Of a stretch of 64,000 bases of DNA, positions 1 through 11,791 are shown piece after piece. The stretch is from Rhina ancylostomus (lineage: Eukaryota), in NCBI GenBank assembly GCA_030265395.1, contig JARFYF010000063.1:45624951-45688950 (forward strand), written 5' to 3'. The first letter of the stretch is position 1; every line of letters starts with the position of its first letter. The notes beneath the pieces were generated by a model. It saw only the letters and a list, made by a program, of their open reading frames with translations. It ran no database searches and had not been told where the DNA came from. Made by a program: the position numbers and the translations under genes.

Positions 1-220
1 CAACGGTCCATATATATGTCTGCAATAGAGGGTAGAGAGACACCTACAATCTTCTCTGCAGCTCTCACTATTCTCTGCAGGGACTTCCGTCCAGCAGCTG
101 AACAGCTCCCATACCAGATGGTGATGCAGTGTGTCGGGATACTCTCAATGGTTCCTCTTTAAAATGTCTTCATGATGGATGGAGGGGAGTTCACTTTCCT
201 CAATCTCCGCAGGAAGTAGA
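1..220 (-). mobile_element. Rex1/Babar LINE RT C-terminal fragment
   Basis: Minus-strand translation LYFLRRLRKVNSPPSIMKTF*RGTIESIPTHCITIWYGSCSAAGRKSLQRIVRAAEKIVG is typical of the Rex1/Babar post-RT region. Confidence 0.8.
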
Positions 221-1240
221 GGATTAGTCCAAGTGTAATTTTGGTACATTCCTGGACAGATAGTTGAGAAACAGATTAATGTGTGGGTTATGAGACAAAA
301 GAAAATAGGGCAAACTCCCAGGCAAGACCTTGCTTTGAGATGAGAATTGGGGTATCAATAGAAATACTCCAAAGAAATGCAAATCTGCAGTTCACGAAGA
401 ACTTATATTTTTCTGACTCAGACACAAATTTACCAACCGAGTTATAGCTAACACTTTACAGTGGGTTAACAGTTAATTTCACATCCAATAATGACACATC
501 TTTATAAACCAAAAGTGTTGACAGACCTAGATATTTGATTCCATCAAGGTGTTTCTTCCTTGTGCAACAGGACCCAATATGGTTCAGTAAATGACTGAAT
601 GGCAGTTGCAAAGTTTTTTTTTTGTCATGTTTATCATTGGATGGAAATTCCAGCAGGTACTTCCAATCATTATTACTCTGATCATATAATTGTCATACTT
701 TGATTACGTCATTTTATATGCAACATTTTTCTTGGAATGTTGCACAGGTAATTGCATAATGTGATTTCAGGAACAACCATTAATTGACCATGGTGGTCAC
801 TCCTAGAACAACCAGATTTTATTAATGCTATGCTGGAAGAGACTGCTGTATAAAGTAAATGACTCTACCTTATATCCAGACATGACCTCACACAGAACCA
901 ACTCCACTGTGCCCTCTGCCTCTCCCCACCAACACAATTCTTATTCATTCCCCATCACACCCTGCCTCAGACCCTGATAAGAAACTTCCGTGACCCCTTC
1001 CCCTTAGGGCCAAACTACCCTGTCCCACAAGATGCCAAACCTCCACCTTACCCTAATAAATTATTTTTATCTCAGCCCACAATCCCTATCCCGAGGCCTC
1101 AAACACACAACGATCCCCTACCAGTACACTACCATCTCAAAATCACCACAAATGTTCCATCTCCTGTTTCTGTGCCTCTGTTCAGTACATGACCCAACCC
1201 TATACTACCATTGCCTCTGATGCTGATTCTCCCAAGGCCT

Positions 1241-1456
1241 GAGACACAAGAGATTCTGCAGATGCTGGAATCTGAAGCAACACACACAAAATGCTGGAGG
1301 AACTCAGCAGGTCTGACAGTATCTATGAAGGGAAATAAANNNNNNNNNNNNNNNNNNNNNNNNNNNNNNNNNNNNNCGAAACGTTGACTGTTTATTTCCC
1401 TCCACAGATGCTGCCTGACCTGCTGAGTTCCTCCAGCATTTTGTGTGTGTTACACT
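1241..1456. mobile_element. Palindromic PLE terminal-repeat (pLTR)-only insertion
   Basis: Inverted arms acacacacaaaatgctggaggaactcagcaggtc / gacctgctgagttcctccagcattttgtgtgtgt, which match the 3' tail of the PLE at 23960-24055. Flanked by direct repeat caaggcct (1233-1240, 1457-1464). The centre is a 37-N gap. Confidence 0.8.
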
Positions 1457-2429
1457 CAAGGCCTAATCGGTTCTACGAATATTAAAACTTCTTGATGTGC
1501 AGGCAACACATTTTCAATTATGTGCAATGACTTGTGGCTCATACCAATATCCCAAGCCTTCAGTTCCACCTAGTATTGTGTCACTTATTCCACCATCTAA
1601 ATGGTATGCTGTATAACAGTGTTCTCCAACATCTAGGCCATGGAGTTAAACTGCAGTTCAACCACAGTCTTTCTGAACTGCGGGATAGGCATGAGAGGCA
1701 ATGAGGTCCACTCCCTTTGCTAAGATCCTAAAGGCTATACTTAAAAGAGAGATGTTCAACTGTTTCCAGCATAGCAAGGAATGCAAAGAAAAAATGCAAT
1801 ATAATTATAGTAGTTTTGATAGAATATAATTTTGATAGGAGATAATCAACAATGACTTTCTTTGAATGGAGTTCCAACAATAGATCGACAGTGAGGTTAC
1901 AGATCAGAAGATTTCTTTTAAACAAAGTTGCTGAAGCAAAACAAGGTTTGCTTAGACAAAGACATGGCTTCTTTTCTCCCCCCAAAGTGGCTGACTATTT
2001 TTATGAAACTTGACAGTACCGTATGTTTTGGGTTCTAGCAAAGACTTGACATAGACAGAAAATGGCTGCATTCAGTGTTGTAAACTGTAAGCTGCTTTTA
2101 CGACAATCAACACAAACAACTTATCCGTCTTAAACATATGAAAAGACAATTGGAAGAACTATTCAGATCAACATTACCTGAGCCAAAACAAGAGACGTTA
2201 GGACAGAATGCCAAAAGCTTAACAGAAGAGAGGTGAAGAAGAAGAGTATTAAAGAAATAATTTCAGAATGTAGGACTTGAATGTAGTGTAGGCAGTGACA
2301 GTGGAATTATGCAGCCTTTGAGACAGGCAAGGATAGGATAGGTCAAATAGGATGAGGAGGTTGAATGTCAGACAATGAACAAGACAGTGTCTAAGATTTA
2401 AGTTCAAATTTTAACCAGATTTACTAAAT

Positions 2430-3010
2430 TGGTGTAAAAAAGCTCCTGTAAAACTGAAGCCAATGGGCACCAAGGGGAAAACCTTCAAATGGTTGGAGTC
2501 AAACCATATCAAAAAATGGCTGAGGTCATTGGAGGTCAATCAGCCCAGCAGTAGTTCCTCAGGGGAGTGTCTGAGGACCAACAGTCTTAAGCTGCTTCAT
2601 CATTAACCTTTCTTCCAACATAAAGTCAGGTGGATATACTCATGATGGCTCCACAATGTTTAATTTTATTTGCAAGTCCACAACAGATAAAACAGCCCAT
2701 GCTTGCATGCAACATGACCTTGACAAGATTCAAGCATTGGCTGATAAATTGTAAGTAACATTAATGCCACAAAAGTGCTAGGCCATGACTATCTCCAACA
2801 AGACAGTCTAACTACTTATAACTGAAATTCAAAGGCATTCCCATTGCTCAGAGCCACCATCAACATCCTCGGAGTCACCAATGTCCAGAGTCACACCATG
2901 GCTATAAGAGCAGGTCAAAAGGCTTGGCATTTTGTGACATGACTCATCTTCTGACACCCCAGGCATTTTTATCATCCACAAGACACAAGTCACGAGTGCG
3001 ATGGAATGTC
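2430..3010 (+). mobile_element. Degenerate CR1/L2-group LINE RT fragment
   Basis: gttcctcaggggagtgtctgaggacca reads as VPQGSV(L)GP, followed by decayed RT motifs with many stops and frameshifts. Confidence 0.65.
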
Positions 3011-4454
3011 TGCAGTGTAGTGAGGCTCCATAAACTCCCACTGTCTACAGACAGGTCAGCACAGCCACTGTATCCTTTGAATACAGCAATGGTTGGAGTT
3101 GTGTTGGTGTGCGAATTGGAGGGGAACCTTAAGGTGATGGTGTTCCCATACTTCTGAAGCCCTTGTTCTTCTTGGCTGTAGAGGTTGACGGTTTGGGAGG
3201 TGTTGACAAATAGGTGACGTGAGTAACAGTAGTGCATTTTATAAATGGTATAAACTGCAGCCACTATGCACTAGTGGAGGAAGAAACACATGTTCCTTCT
3301 TATTACATAAACCATTGTGCAAGAAGCCAGGGTATTATTTTTTTAAGAAGACTGCTGTACATAGAACATGCAAAAGAGAGTGAACTCCAATTTCTAGGCA
3401 GTGATGAATCAATGCTATCAACATCTTTCCTCCTCTTCTTCCAAGATCACCCAGTATAGAAGATAAACCATGGCTCTTTGGTCCTATTTTCTTCATCTTT
3501 TAAACTGCCTTTCCTAACCAAGTCATGTAGTACAGGGTCAGATTCCGCATATTGATGTATGCCACATGGTTCAAATATCCTGGCCTTGCAATTGCTTTAT
3601 CACACTTTAAAAGGTGTTAAAGCAGGGATGCAGATCAGCCCAATCCTATNNNNNNNNNNNNNNNNNNNNNNNNNNNNNNNNNNNNNNNNNNNNNNNNNNN
3701 NNNNNNNNNNNNNNNNNNNNNNNNNNNNNNNNNNNNNNNNNNNNNNNNNCAATCCTATTGTAAAGATCCCATGAACATTGTTATCTTCAACAAGGAGTTT
3801 CACAGAACAGCATTGTTGAGTTTTTCTGTGCAGCTCTGCACTGTGGCAAGTTCTATGTGTCTATCAAACTGCTCTACGTTCTTGCTTCTATCAACATTAG
3901 GCCTAACAGCTGAGAGTTTGGCAGCCTGATCTCACGGGGACGTATCATAATACAAACAGCACAATTTCAAACACTGGGAAATAGTGTTTGAAATAGTGCT
4001 GCTCATTGATGAAGGGATGCCGCAAAGATGGAGATTGTGACTGAGGTCTCTGTAAGGAGTAACATGACACGAGCGTAGCCTATGGATCCCTGGACTTTGG
4101 GAAAACCTGTTATGCAGCAATTGTCCAAACTGGTTTGTCTGTTCCTGTGGTCTAAAGGAAAAGTAGATAAAGTCACCTTGAACGTGGAATTTTGGTGATT
4201 TCACTTTTGTAGTAGTGATGTTTTACACATAAAACCATTTCAGATCCATGACTCTCAGAAGTGCCTGCATCTTAGAAAAAGGTTGTGTGGCCCTCTTGTA
4301 CTTCCTTTAGTGGCTGCAGAATTTGCAATATGGGTTCACAGCAATGGCCTGGTAGACATGGAACAGATGCCATATCTCAGGAGCAACCTCTTTGTGAAGC
4401 AGTGAGGATGAAATTTACCATCACCTTCAATGTGCCAGCACAACCTTTGGTCGA

Positions 4455-5044
4455 CTGTGGATCAAGAACCCAAAACCTCACCAACGCCCAAGGACCATCA
4501 GGCAGCAGTGAGCCCTGCCTTCCTGTATGCTTCTGAAACCTGGACCACNNNNNNNNNNNNNNNNNNNNNNNNNNNNNNNNNNNNNNNNNNNNNNNNNNNN
4601 NNNNNNNNNNNNNNNNNNNNNNNNNNNNNNNNNNNNNNNNNNNNNNNNNNNNNNNNNNNNNNNNNNNNNNNNNNNNNNNNNNNNNNNNNNNNNNNNNNNN
4701 NNNNNNNNNNNNNNNNNNNNNNNNNAAAAGATGGTGAAAGTCTCCTTGAAAACATGCAATAAACCCACTGACTCTTGGGATCAATGACTGCTCAAAGTGG
4801 AAAAGGTGATAAATAGGACAATATTGAGAGCCTTGAGTCCTTCCATCAGTACCCCACAAACACCCTGTGCAAATAGTAGAAGGAACATGTCACTTCACAA
4901 TCTACCACCCACCCTAGCAGGCAGCTTCTGCCAAATCTGTGAAAGATTCTGCATTCACCCAATAGCCTCATCAGTCACTTTTGAAACTACAAAACTGGAG
5001 TGGTAGCAACAGATTGTTAATCCCAAGGGACTGCCTAAGAAGAA
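4455..5044 (+). mobile_element. RTE-clade LINE 3' fragment
   Basis: Encodes QAAVSPAFLYASETWT (RTE-type LLYxSETWT motif) and ends in gactgcctaagaagaa. Confidence 0.7.
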
Positions 5045-5994
5045 ATGTGATGTGGCAGAAATCAGTAGCAGCAGCTTGAGGCTGAAAAGCTGAGAATGAC
5101 CATGATTAAACTTCCATGAAGTTCAGACATTCATCTGAGTTTGCATTTGAGGTTGGTAGGAAGCCACAAATATCATTTAAGTCAAAAATCCTAATTTGAG
5201 TGTGGTCCCTTAAACAGTAGAATTTCAAAGGAACCAACACCAGAAAAAAAAAACTGGTTTTCTGTGATTAAACAGAAACTGTAACTTCTCAGACCAATGA
5301 AGTTGAAAAATTGTTCCGGGGACAAATGTTAACCTCACTTCTGTGAGTTTTAGATGCCAGGTCAAACAGCAAACCTACCAAAAAGTTGGTAATCAGATTT
5401 CCTGTTGGGCCATAAAGCATCCAGAAATGTGCACAATTTGGTCTACTTTAAATCAACTTTCAATTATTCATCACTGTTTCTTTGTAATTTTGCAAAGGAA
5501 TTTCTAGGCTCTACCTTTTCCAACAATACAAAGCTTGTGAATATATTCCTCAGGATTCCAGGTTGAACAGAAATCCTACCAAAAAAGTCAATAGTTGAAT
5601 TTCCGGTTGGGCAATTAGGCATTGAGGCCCAGAGTTTCTTAAACATAAACCATTCATCATTCAAGGCTGCTGTTCAACCCATCATGTCAGTCCTGGCTCT
5701 TTCAGAGAGCCATCTAATTAGTTCTGTGCCATGACGCCCTGCAAACTTCTCTTTGAATAGCAATGCTCAATACAGAAGCAAGAAGCAAAATTGCCTAGTA
5801 GAGCCTAGGGCCTACAAAGGAGATGGCTGACATCTTTCCCAATGGTTTTCATGTCCCAGTGATTGTCTTGAGCCTCTGCCCTCCCCCCAAAGTTCCAAGA
5901 TGCACTTTGGTTTTGAGATTGTATTTCTCTAAGCCTCTGCTAGTTAGACTGCACTTTGGATAAATGGTTACTCCTTGAAAATGTTAAAGGTAAT

Positions 5995-6140
5995 CAAAAA
6001 ACTGCTGCTGCTGGAAATCTGAAATGAAACAGAAAATACTGGAAGTACTCAGCAGGTCAGGCAGCATCTTTGGAAAAAGAAACAAAAGTCAAGGTTTCAA
6101 ATAGAGGACCCTTTGTTAGAACTGGGAAAGTGAGAAACTA
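5995..6140 (-). mobile_element. PLE 3' terminal repeat, older subfamily
   Basis: gctggaaatctgaaatgaaacagaaaatactggaagtactcagcaggtcaggcagcatc is the reverse complement of the PLE tail seen at 23970-24040. Confidence 0.7.
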
Positions 6141-6351
6141 AGTTAGTAGTAAATTGCAAGAAGGGTGGAGAGGGGCAGTTAGGACAAGGAGAATATTTCT
6201 GATAGGTTGAAGCCAGGATTGCCCAGGGGATAAGATCTAAATGAGTTTATCTGGTAGATGGGTCATTGGGGACGATTAGAGAGGCAGTATAGTTCTTTGT
6301 CCATAAAAGCTATGAAATGGGTACAAGAAAACACAAAAGCTTGAATACATG

Positions 6352-6660
6352 GACCACTAGGTTCAAGGACAGATTCTATCCTACTGTTGTAGGCTCTTGA
6401 ACTGATCTCTTGTATGATAAAGATGAACTCTTGATGTCTCAATCTACTTTGATGTGGGCCTTGTACCTTATTTGTCTACCTGCACTGTACTTTCTCTAAC
6501 AGTAACTGTAACACTATATTCTGCATTCTGTTATCGTTTTTTGCTTTGTACTACCTTGATGTACTTTGTACTACCTTGTTTTGGAATAATCTGTATGGAT
6601 GGCATGCAAAATAAAGTTTTTTTAACTATATCTCAGTACATGTGACAATAATAAACCAAA
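6352..6660 (+). mobile_element. Rex1/Babar LINE 3' end
   Basis: TTRFKDRFYPTVVGS-like ORF end, followed by a 3' UTR ending gtacatgtgacaataataaacc. Confidence 0.65.
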
Positions 6661-7139
6661 TACTGGTTTAAAAAATAAAGACAGGACAGAGAAAGGAAAG
6701 TAAAAGTTGTGAAATGGAGTGCTGCAGGACATTCCCAGTACATCGGGCAGTGCTAATTCATCTTCATTAATGCCTTCTGAAACCAAGTCATCGCGTTTGG
6801 AACTCCCAGATTTCCATTAGTGCTAAAACTGCCTTCATCAAATTCAGCTTCCCTTTTTGTGCCAAATACTTTTTCTCTACTGTGTTCAGCAAGTCACTAC
6901 CATTCTTCTTGGAAATTATACATTAACATAGTAATGAAAGTTTGAAGTCTATGATGTTCATTAACAGTTGATTTGAAAGGTGAGAATGTAACTTCATTTT
7001 CAGTTGATTTGAAATAAATGGATTTTCTCCAATGTCAAAATGGTAGACCAATAAATTTGATACACATGTACTGTTATTTCCACAATAGAGTGCAAATTCC
7101 ACATGCCTTTCTGGGCTCAGTGGTAATATTCCCAAGATC

Positions 7140-7476
7140 TACTGTAGCACTTGAACACAATGTAAAATCCTGTGGGAGTGTTACAGCATTGCAGGTACTG
7201 TTTTTCAGATAAGACATTAAAACAGGATACCATCTTCCCTCTCAGGTGGTATCAAAAGACTGTATACCACTTTCCAAATAGCAAGGGAGTTCTTGTGGTG
7301 TCCTGCCCAGCATTTATCCCCCAACAAATAATTGCCAAAATATTACAATTGATCATCCACTTCATTGTCATTTGCAGGAGCTTGCCTTGTGCAAATTGAC
7401 TGCTTGATATTCTACTCTGGTGACTACAGCTCAAAAGTAATTAATTGGCTGTAAAATAGCTTGGCTCATCCTGAAG
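7140..7476 (+). mobile_element. DeuSINE (SacSINE1/AmnSINE1-like)
   Basis: Deu-domain-like ggtgtcctgccc...gagcttgccttgtgcaaattgactgc...gtgactacagctcaaaagtaattaattggctgtaaa (recalled consensus). Confidence 0.65.
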
Positions 7477-8249
7477 TTCATTCCTAGTTTATATTATTAC
7501 ATGTCTTTATTCAAGCTCAGTGTTGTGACACCATTACTACCCGCTGTCATTTAATTGAAGCCAATCACTCCCTTTGATAGGAGTGAGGCAGATTTCAGAA
7601 ACAATCTTTATAACAACAAAAATAAGAGTACAGTACAAAATAACAGACCTGTTTCAAAGACCCTGTGAGACTCTGGAATCTGACCATTAATTTTTTTAAA
7701 CTATGTGAACTTGTTATTCCCTCAAGGGAATTATTCAAGTCAAAGTACCATGAAGGTGGGGTGGGTTCCTGCAGATATAAAAGGCCATTTTTCTACAGCT
7801 TTTCAGGAGATTGTTTAAGCTTCATTTTAAACCCTTTTCACCTCAGCCCTGGCTTCCTCTTCCTGCTATTGTTTTGCAATGTTCTATATGACTTATAAAA
7901 ATGACAACTTCTGGAATGCTCGAGTCACAGTTACCCTGATTCTTGCTGTAAGGTTGGGGATTTGGTTGTTTCCTTGGCACAGACAATTCAAGCAACAAAT
8001 TAACTCAAAAATGACTTCGGTGGGGCAAAGGGGGGGGGGGTGGTTTAAGTATAACGAAACAAGAATAATTGGTTTAGTCCTTAGTCATTGCTGAATAAGC
8101 TTAACTCAACCTGAGCAATATTACGGCCACTACTACCAGACTGGCCTGATCTCTGTGCAAGGAAGGTTCTCGTTAATAATATTAAGTATTTCTTTGTGGA
8201 CTGTATATTGCTGTAGGCAAACTTTGAAAGAAGTATCTTGATAAAGTAC

Positions 8250-8395
8250 ATTGCTTGCCGACATTTGCAGTCTTGACTTGCATGTAAAGAATGGCCACTT
8301 TGGCAAGGTAGCAGTAGCTGCCAGGGTCTGCAGAACTGTACCCTAGCAACTGGACTATTGCTTTTAGGAGAGCAGAAAAACAGAGGGAAATTAGA
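8250..8395 (+). mobile_element. LF-SINE-like 3' part
   Basis: aagaatggccactttggcaaggta...gaactgtaccctagca...ttttaggagag matches the recalled LF-SINE 3' region. Confidence 0.65.
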
Positions 8396-10701
8396 ATTGC
8401 AAAGTGAAACATATTCTTACAGAGAATAGCATCCGTTGCCATGACTGTGTTTGTTACCTGGTACAGCACAACTTGAATGTTAACCTGGAATCCAAACTAT
8501 TTGCTCACAGGAAACTAATGAGACACTGGAGTTAAAAATTCCTATGTCTTTTCAAAAACTGATTTAATCCCTTTATTATTCATTCTGCAACTATTTCCAA
8601 AAAAATAATCGAGAGTTAAATCCTCTCCCAGTTCAAGTAGAATCCTCTCATAAAACAGCTGCTTCACATTTAGCCAGCATCTGATATTGGGAACAGGCCC
8701 TTGGCCAAAGTAACAATCGGCTCCTTAGAAACTATTAGTTTCTGTATAGATTATCTTTTTCTCCCAGCTTCTGAAAACAGAAAAGTAAGAAATTAGACCG
8801 ATTTTCAGTCATACAACATTAAATTTGCTGCTTTTTCCCTCCTAATTGGCTTGAGGCACTGAAAATGTTTGAAAGGAAACCACATAATTTATCCTATTTC
8901 GTGTAATATCCTGTCATGTTTTATAGTTAGTCCAAATGTTATTGTAATTTTATTTAATTCTGGTTTCATGTACAATATCATTAAATCAAACTTCCAAGAA
9001 AAACACTGATTTAAGCTAACTCTGACTTTAAAACCTTTGAGGTAATTATTGTGGAGCATGATTTTTTTTAATCAACAAATTAAAGAGATGGAATTTCATC
9101 AGTGAACTAATCATTCCCTTTGTTTTGATAGTGACTACCCTTTGTGATGAAGAGGCAATATATATCCCAGCTCTCTTAACTCCTCTAACTCTATATTAAA
9201 TACATCTGGGGAGACATCTAGCTGGCATAGCTATTATATGGCCAGAATATAAATTCTCGCGAACAGTAGACATGGACATTGCTTTATAAATCACTATAAG
9301 GTTATTTCCCTGAAATTTAATGTTCTCCAATTAAAACTATATCTTGCTTGAGACTGAATGGTAATTCCCAGCAAACTATTCTGTCATGACATCAGAGACC
9401 AGCTCAATTCTACCAATTTGACATGCACACATACACGCTCATAAACATGCATGCTGTACATACACTGGCAAGCAGTACTAAATAGGAAACAAAAGGAGGA
9501 ACATTGCAACTCTGGTCCTAGTTTTCCACCCTATTGCTTCTTCTAGATACCCCACCTGAGATCCACTAATGCAAATTAGATCTGAGAATCTCCTGGTATG
9601 GTGTGCTACTCAATGTATCAATGTACTTAGTTAACTGGAATGGTACAAGAGTAGTGGTGGTAGAAAGGGTCAAACCCATTACAATAGTGACCAACCTTTC
9701 CGAAACATCACATGCCACTCATAAAAACAGTACCAAGGAAATGACCAGACCTTTGACCAACACACAAATTATAGGTAAATCTGAATTATTTGTGACCGAA
9801 CCATTCACCTTGTCTGGCACCTTTGAAAGGTTACCAAAATAATATGGGTTATGNNNNNNTGATCAAAACAGTAGCATTGTATTAATCCAAAGTCATTTCA
9901 GCTGAGAAATGTCAACAGTAGTGACACGTGTTCCAAAGTCAAGAACTTAGAGGCAATAAAATGAATACTTAAAACACTATCAAAGAAAACACAACACTGT
10001 TACAAAGAAGTTTGACTGTATAGAATATGCCATTCATCAATAAACTTTTTTATACAGTAACTTGTGCTTCCCCCAGCTTTTAATAAGATTGCAACTATGT
10101 CTCTGGGCTAGGCAATATGGGAGTTGGGACTTGACACTCAAGCAAGATCACTAATGCCCTCGAGGGAATGCGTCCCACCAGGGGAAAATAGATACTATTC
10201 CAGCATCTATAGCACATATGAAAAGGATGTTCAGCAGCCTCCCACTGTGTTCTAATTGAAGTCAAGTTATGGAAATTGATCAAAATAGTCCACCAATCAA
10301 GTTATGCATATAGAAGTCCTATGTGCTCACAACATCTGCAGACCAGGAACAACACACTAAAGCCAGTAGTTTCCAATATTGTGAGCCATGCTTCTTGATT
10401 CATCACCCAAATTTCATCAAAAATTGTAGCACAGCAGTTGGTGTCAGACTTGCAGTACAATTACCAATTCTTCATCCTCCTCAATTATCAAAGTGTTCCC
10501 TCAAAACAATGGTTTTTTTTTTGAAGGGACAAAATCTATTTCTAAATTGCTGAGCTTTCACATTACAAGTTTAAGGGACATTATAAGGCCTATTCCCATT
10601 GACAGCGAGCAATATCAGGAGGTCAGCCTATTACAAAAAATGTCACTTGTGTACCATTCCATTTTATTGAATTCGTAGCAACATAATGTAAGTAGACTTA
10701 C

Positions 10702-11791
10702 CATGCACTTATTGGGCTTTTCTCCTGAATGAACTCTCATGTGTATCAGGAGTTTGTAACGAGCATTAAAGGGTCTGTATCGCCTCACACACCCAGCCCA
10801 GAAACAAGTAAAGTCTTCTCCTTTGCGTTGGTCAATGTGCATTTTTTCGATGTGCCTCACCAGCTCCTCTTGCTGGTCATAGATAGCACTGCAGTCTATC
10901 CATCGACAAACCTGCTTCCCAAAGTTCTTGACCAGCTCACCTGCATCTTCAAGTTGAATCTGTCCATTGGGTAGTTGTCTATGTAAGTGAGGTATGGTCC
11001 CATGGGGTTGACCAAAGTGCTGCTGGGAATGGTATGGAGGAGGAGGACCCTGGTGGTGCTGAAATAGTTTTGTATCATGTGAATATTCATCAATGGGCTC
11101 ATGCTTGAAAAAGTTAATTTTATTGCAACCATCTGTCACTCCATGTTGAATGACCATGTTGCCCGTGACCAGACCTAGGTCCATGTTTTCCTCCACCTGC
11201 TGCAAAGGAACATGGTCACTCTCAGTATCCTCTTGCTCAGCACTGTGTGTTGGGAAGGAGGACAGCGACGAAGCAGGAGAAGCCAAGTTACACTGGCTAC
11301 CTAATACAGAGCAAGACTGCACACTGCAGTTCTTTCGAGTTCCAACATGACTACTTCCTCCGGACTGTGAAAGAAGACTGTTGGAAGTGCTCCGCATCCC
11401 ATTGACGCAAGCAATAAGTGATGTCGGAGAGGTGCGAATAATGGCAGTGATGTCGAGCCCATCGGCTGAAAGTGGTGAAACTGAAACTGATCGTTTCTTC
11501 ACATTGCCCATTTGTAGTTTGCTCACTTGACGAGGGCTGGCACTCGACATAAACCCCAATGAGGAGTTGCTGTCATTGCTGAAGAAATATGATGAATAAG
11601 AACCGGAGATGCCGCTGTTCAATGGCTCAGCTTCTGATGACAGACTGCTAGCAACCACGATTTCAGAATGACTGGAAATCCCTTCACTCTCAGGAAGGAG
11701 TTGGGGCCATTCCTGTTTGATGTGCAGGTTTGGGAGATTTTCATCCAAACGTAGGGTGCTGGGAGACATGGAAGTTTGAGGAGCGAGTGAC
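10702..11791 (-). CDS. GLIS1: GLIS1 (GLI-similar zinc finger) large internal coding exon, encoding the N-terminal region plus C2H2 fingers 1-2
   Basis: ORF 10615..11835(-) contains CRWIDC..HIEKMH and CFWAGC..HMRVHSGEKPNKCM, the diagnostic GLIS ZF1-2. Acceptor ttgtttttcag|G at 11792/11791; donor ATG|gtaagt at 10702/10701; length 1090 = 1+363x3. GCVRRY, NKCM, HIKQE, xKxEPxDE and ACVNGxRS favour GLIS1 over GLIS3 (recalled human sequences). Confidence 0.93.

Noticed and set aside
880-1230. C/A-rich patch, possible decayed tandem repeat
   Set aside because: No consistent unit could be defined by eye.
4377-4859. Long ORFs containing runs of X
   Set aside because: Their length is produced by N gaps; this applies to all X-containing ORFs in the track.
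1-10701. Next GLIS exon (FEGC..KAFSRLENLKIH)
   Set aside because: Not found by eye or in the ORF track; probably lies outside the window, though it could be hidden in a gap.
10702-11791. Assignment to GLIS3
   Set aside because: Several GLIS3-like motifs are present, but GCVRRY, NKCM, KxEPxDE, CVNG and the upstream exon fit GLIS1 better. Not formally excluded without synteny.
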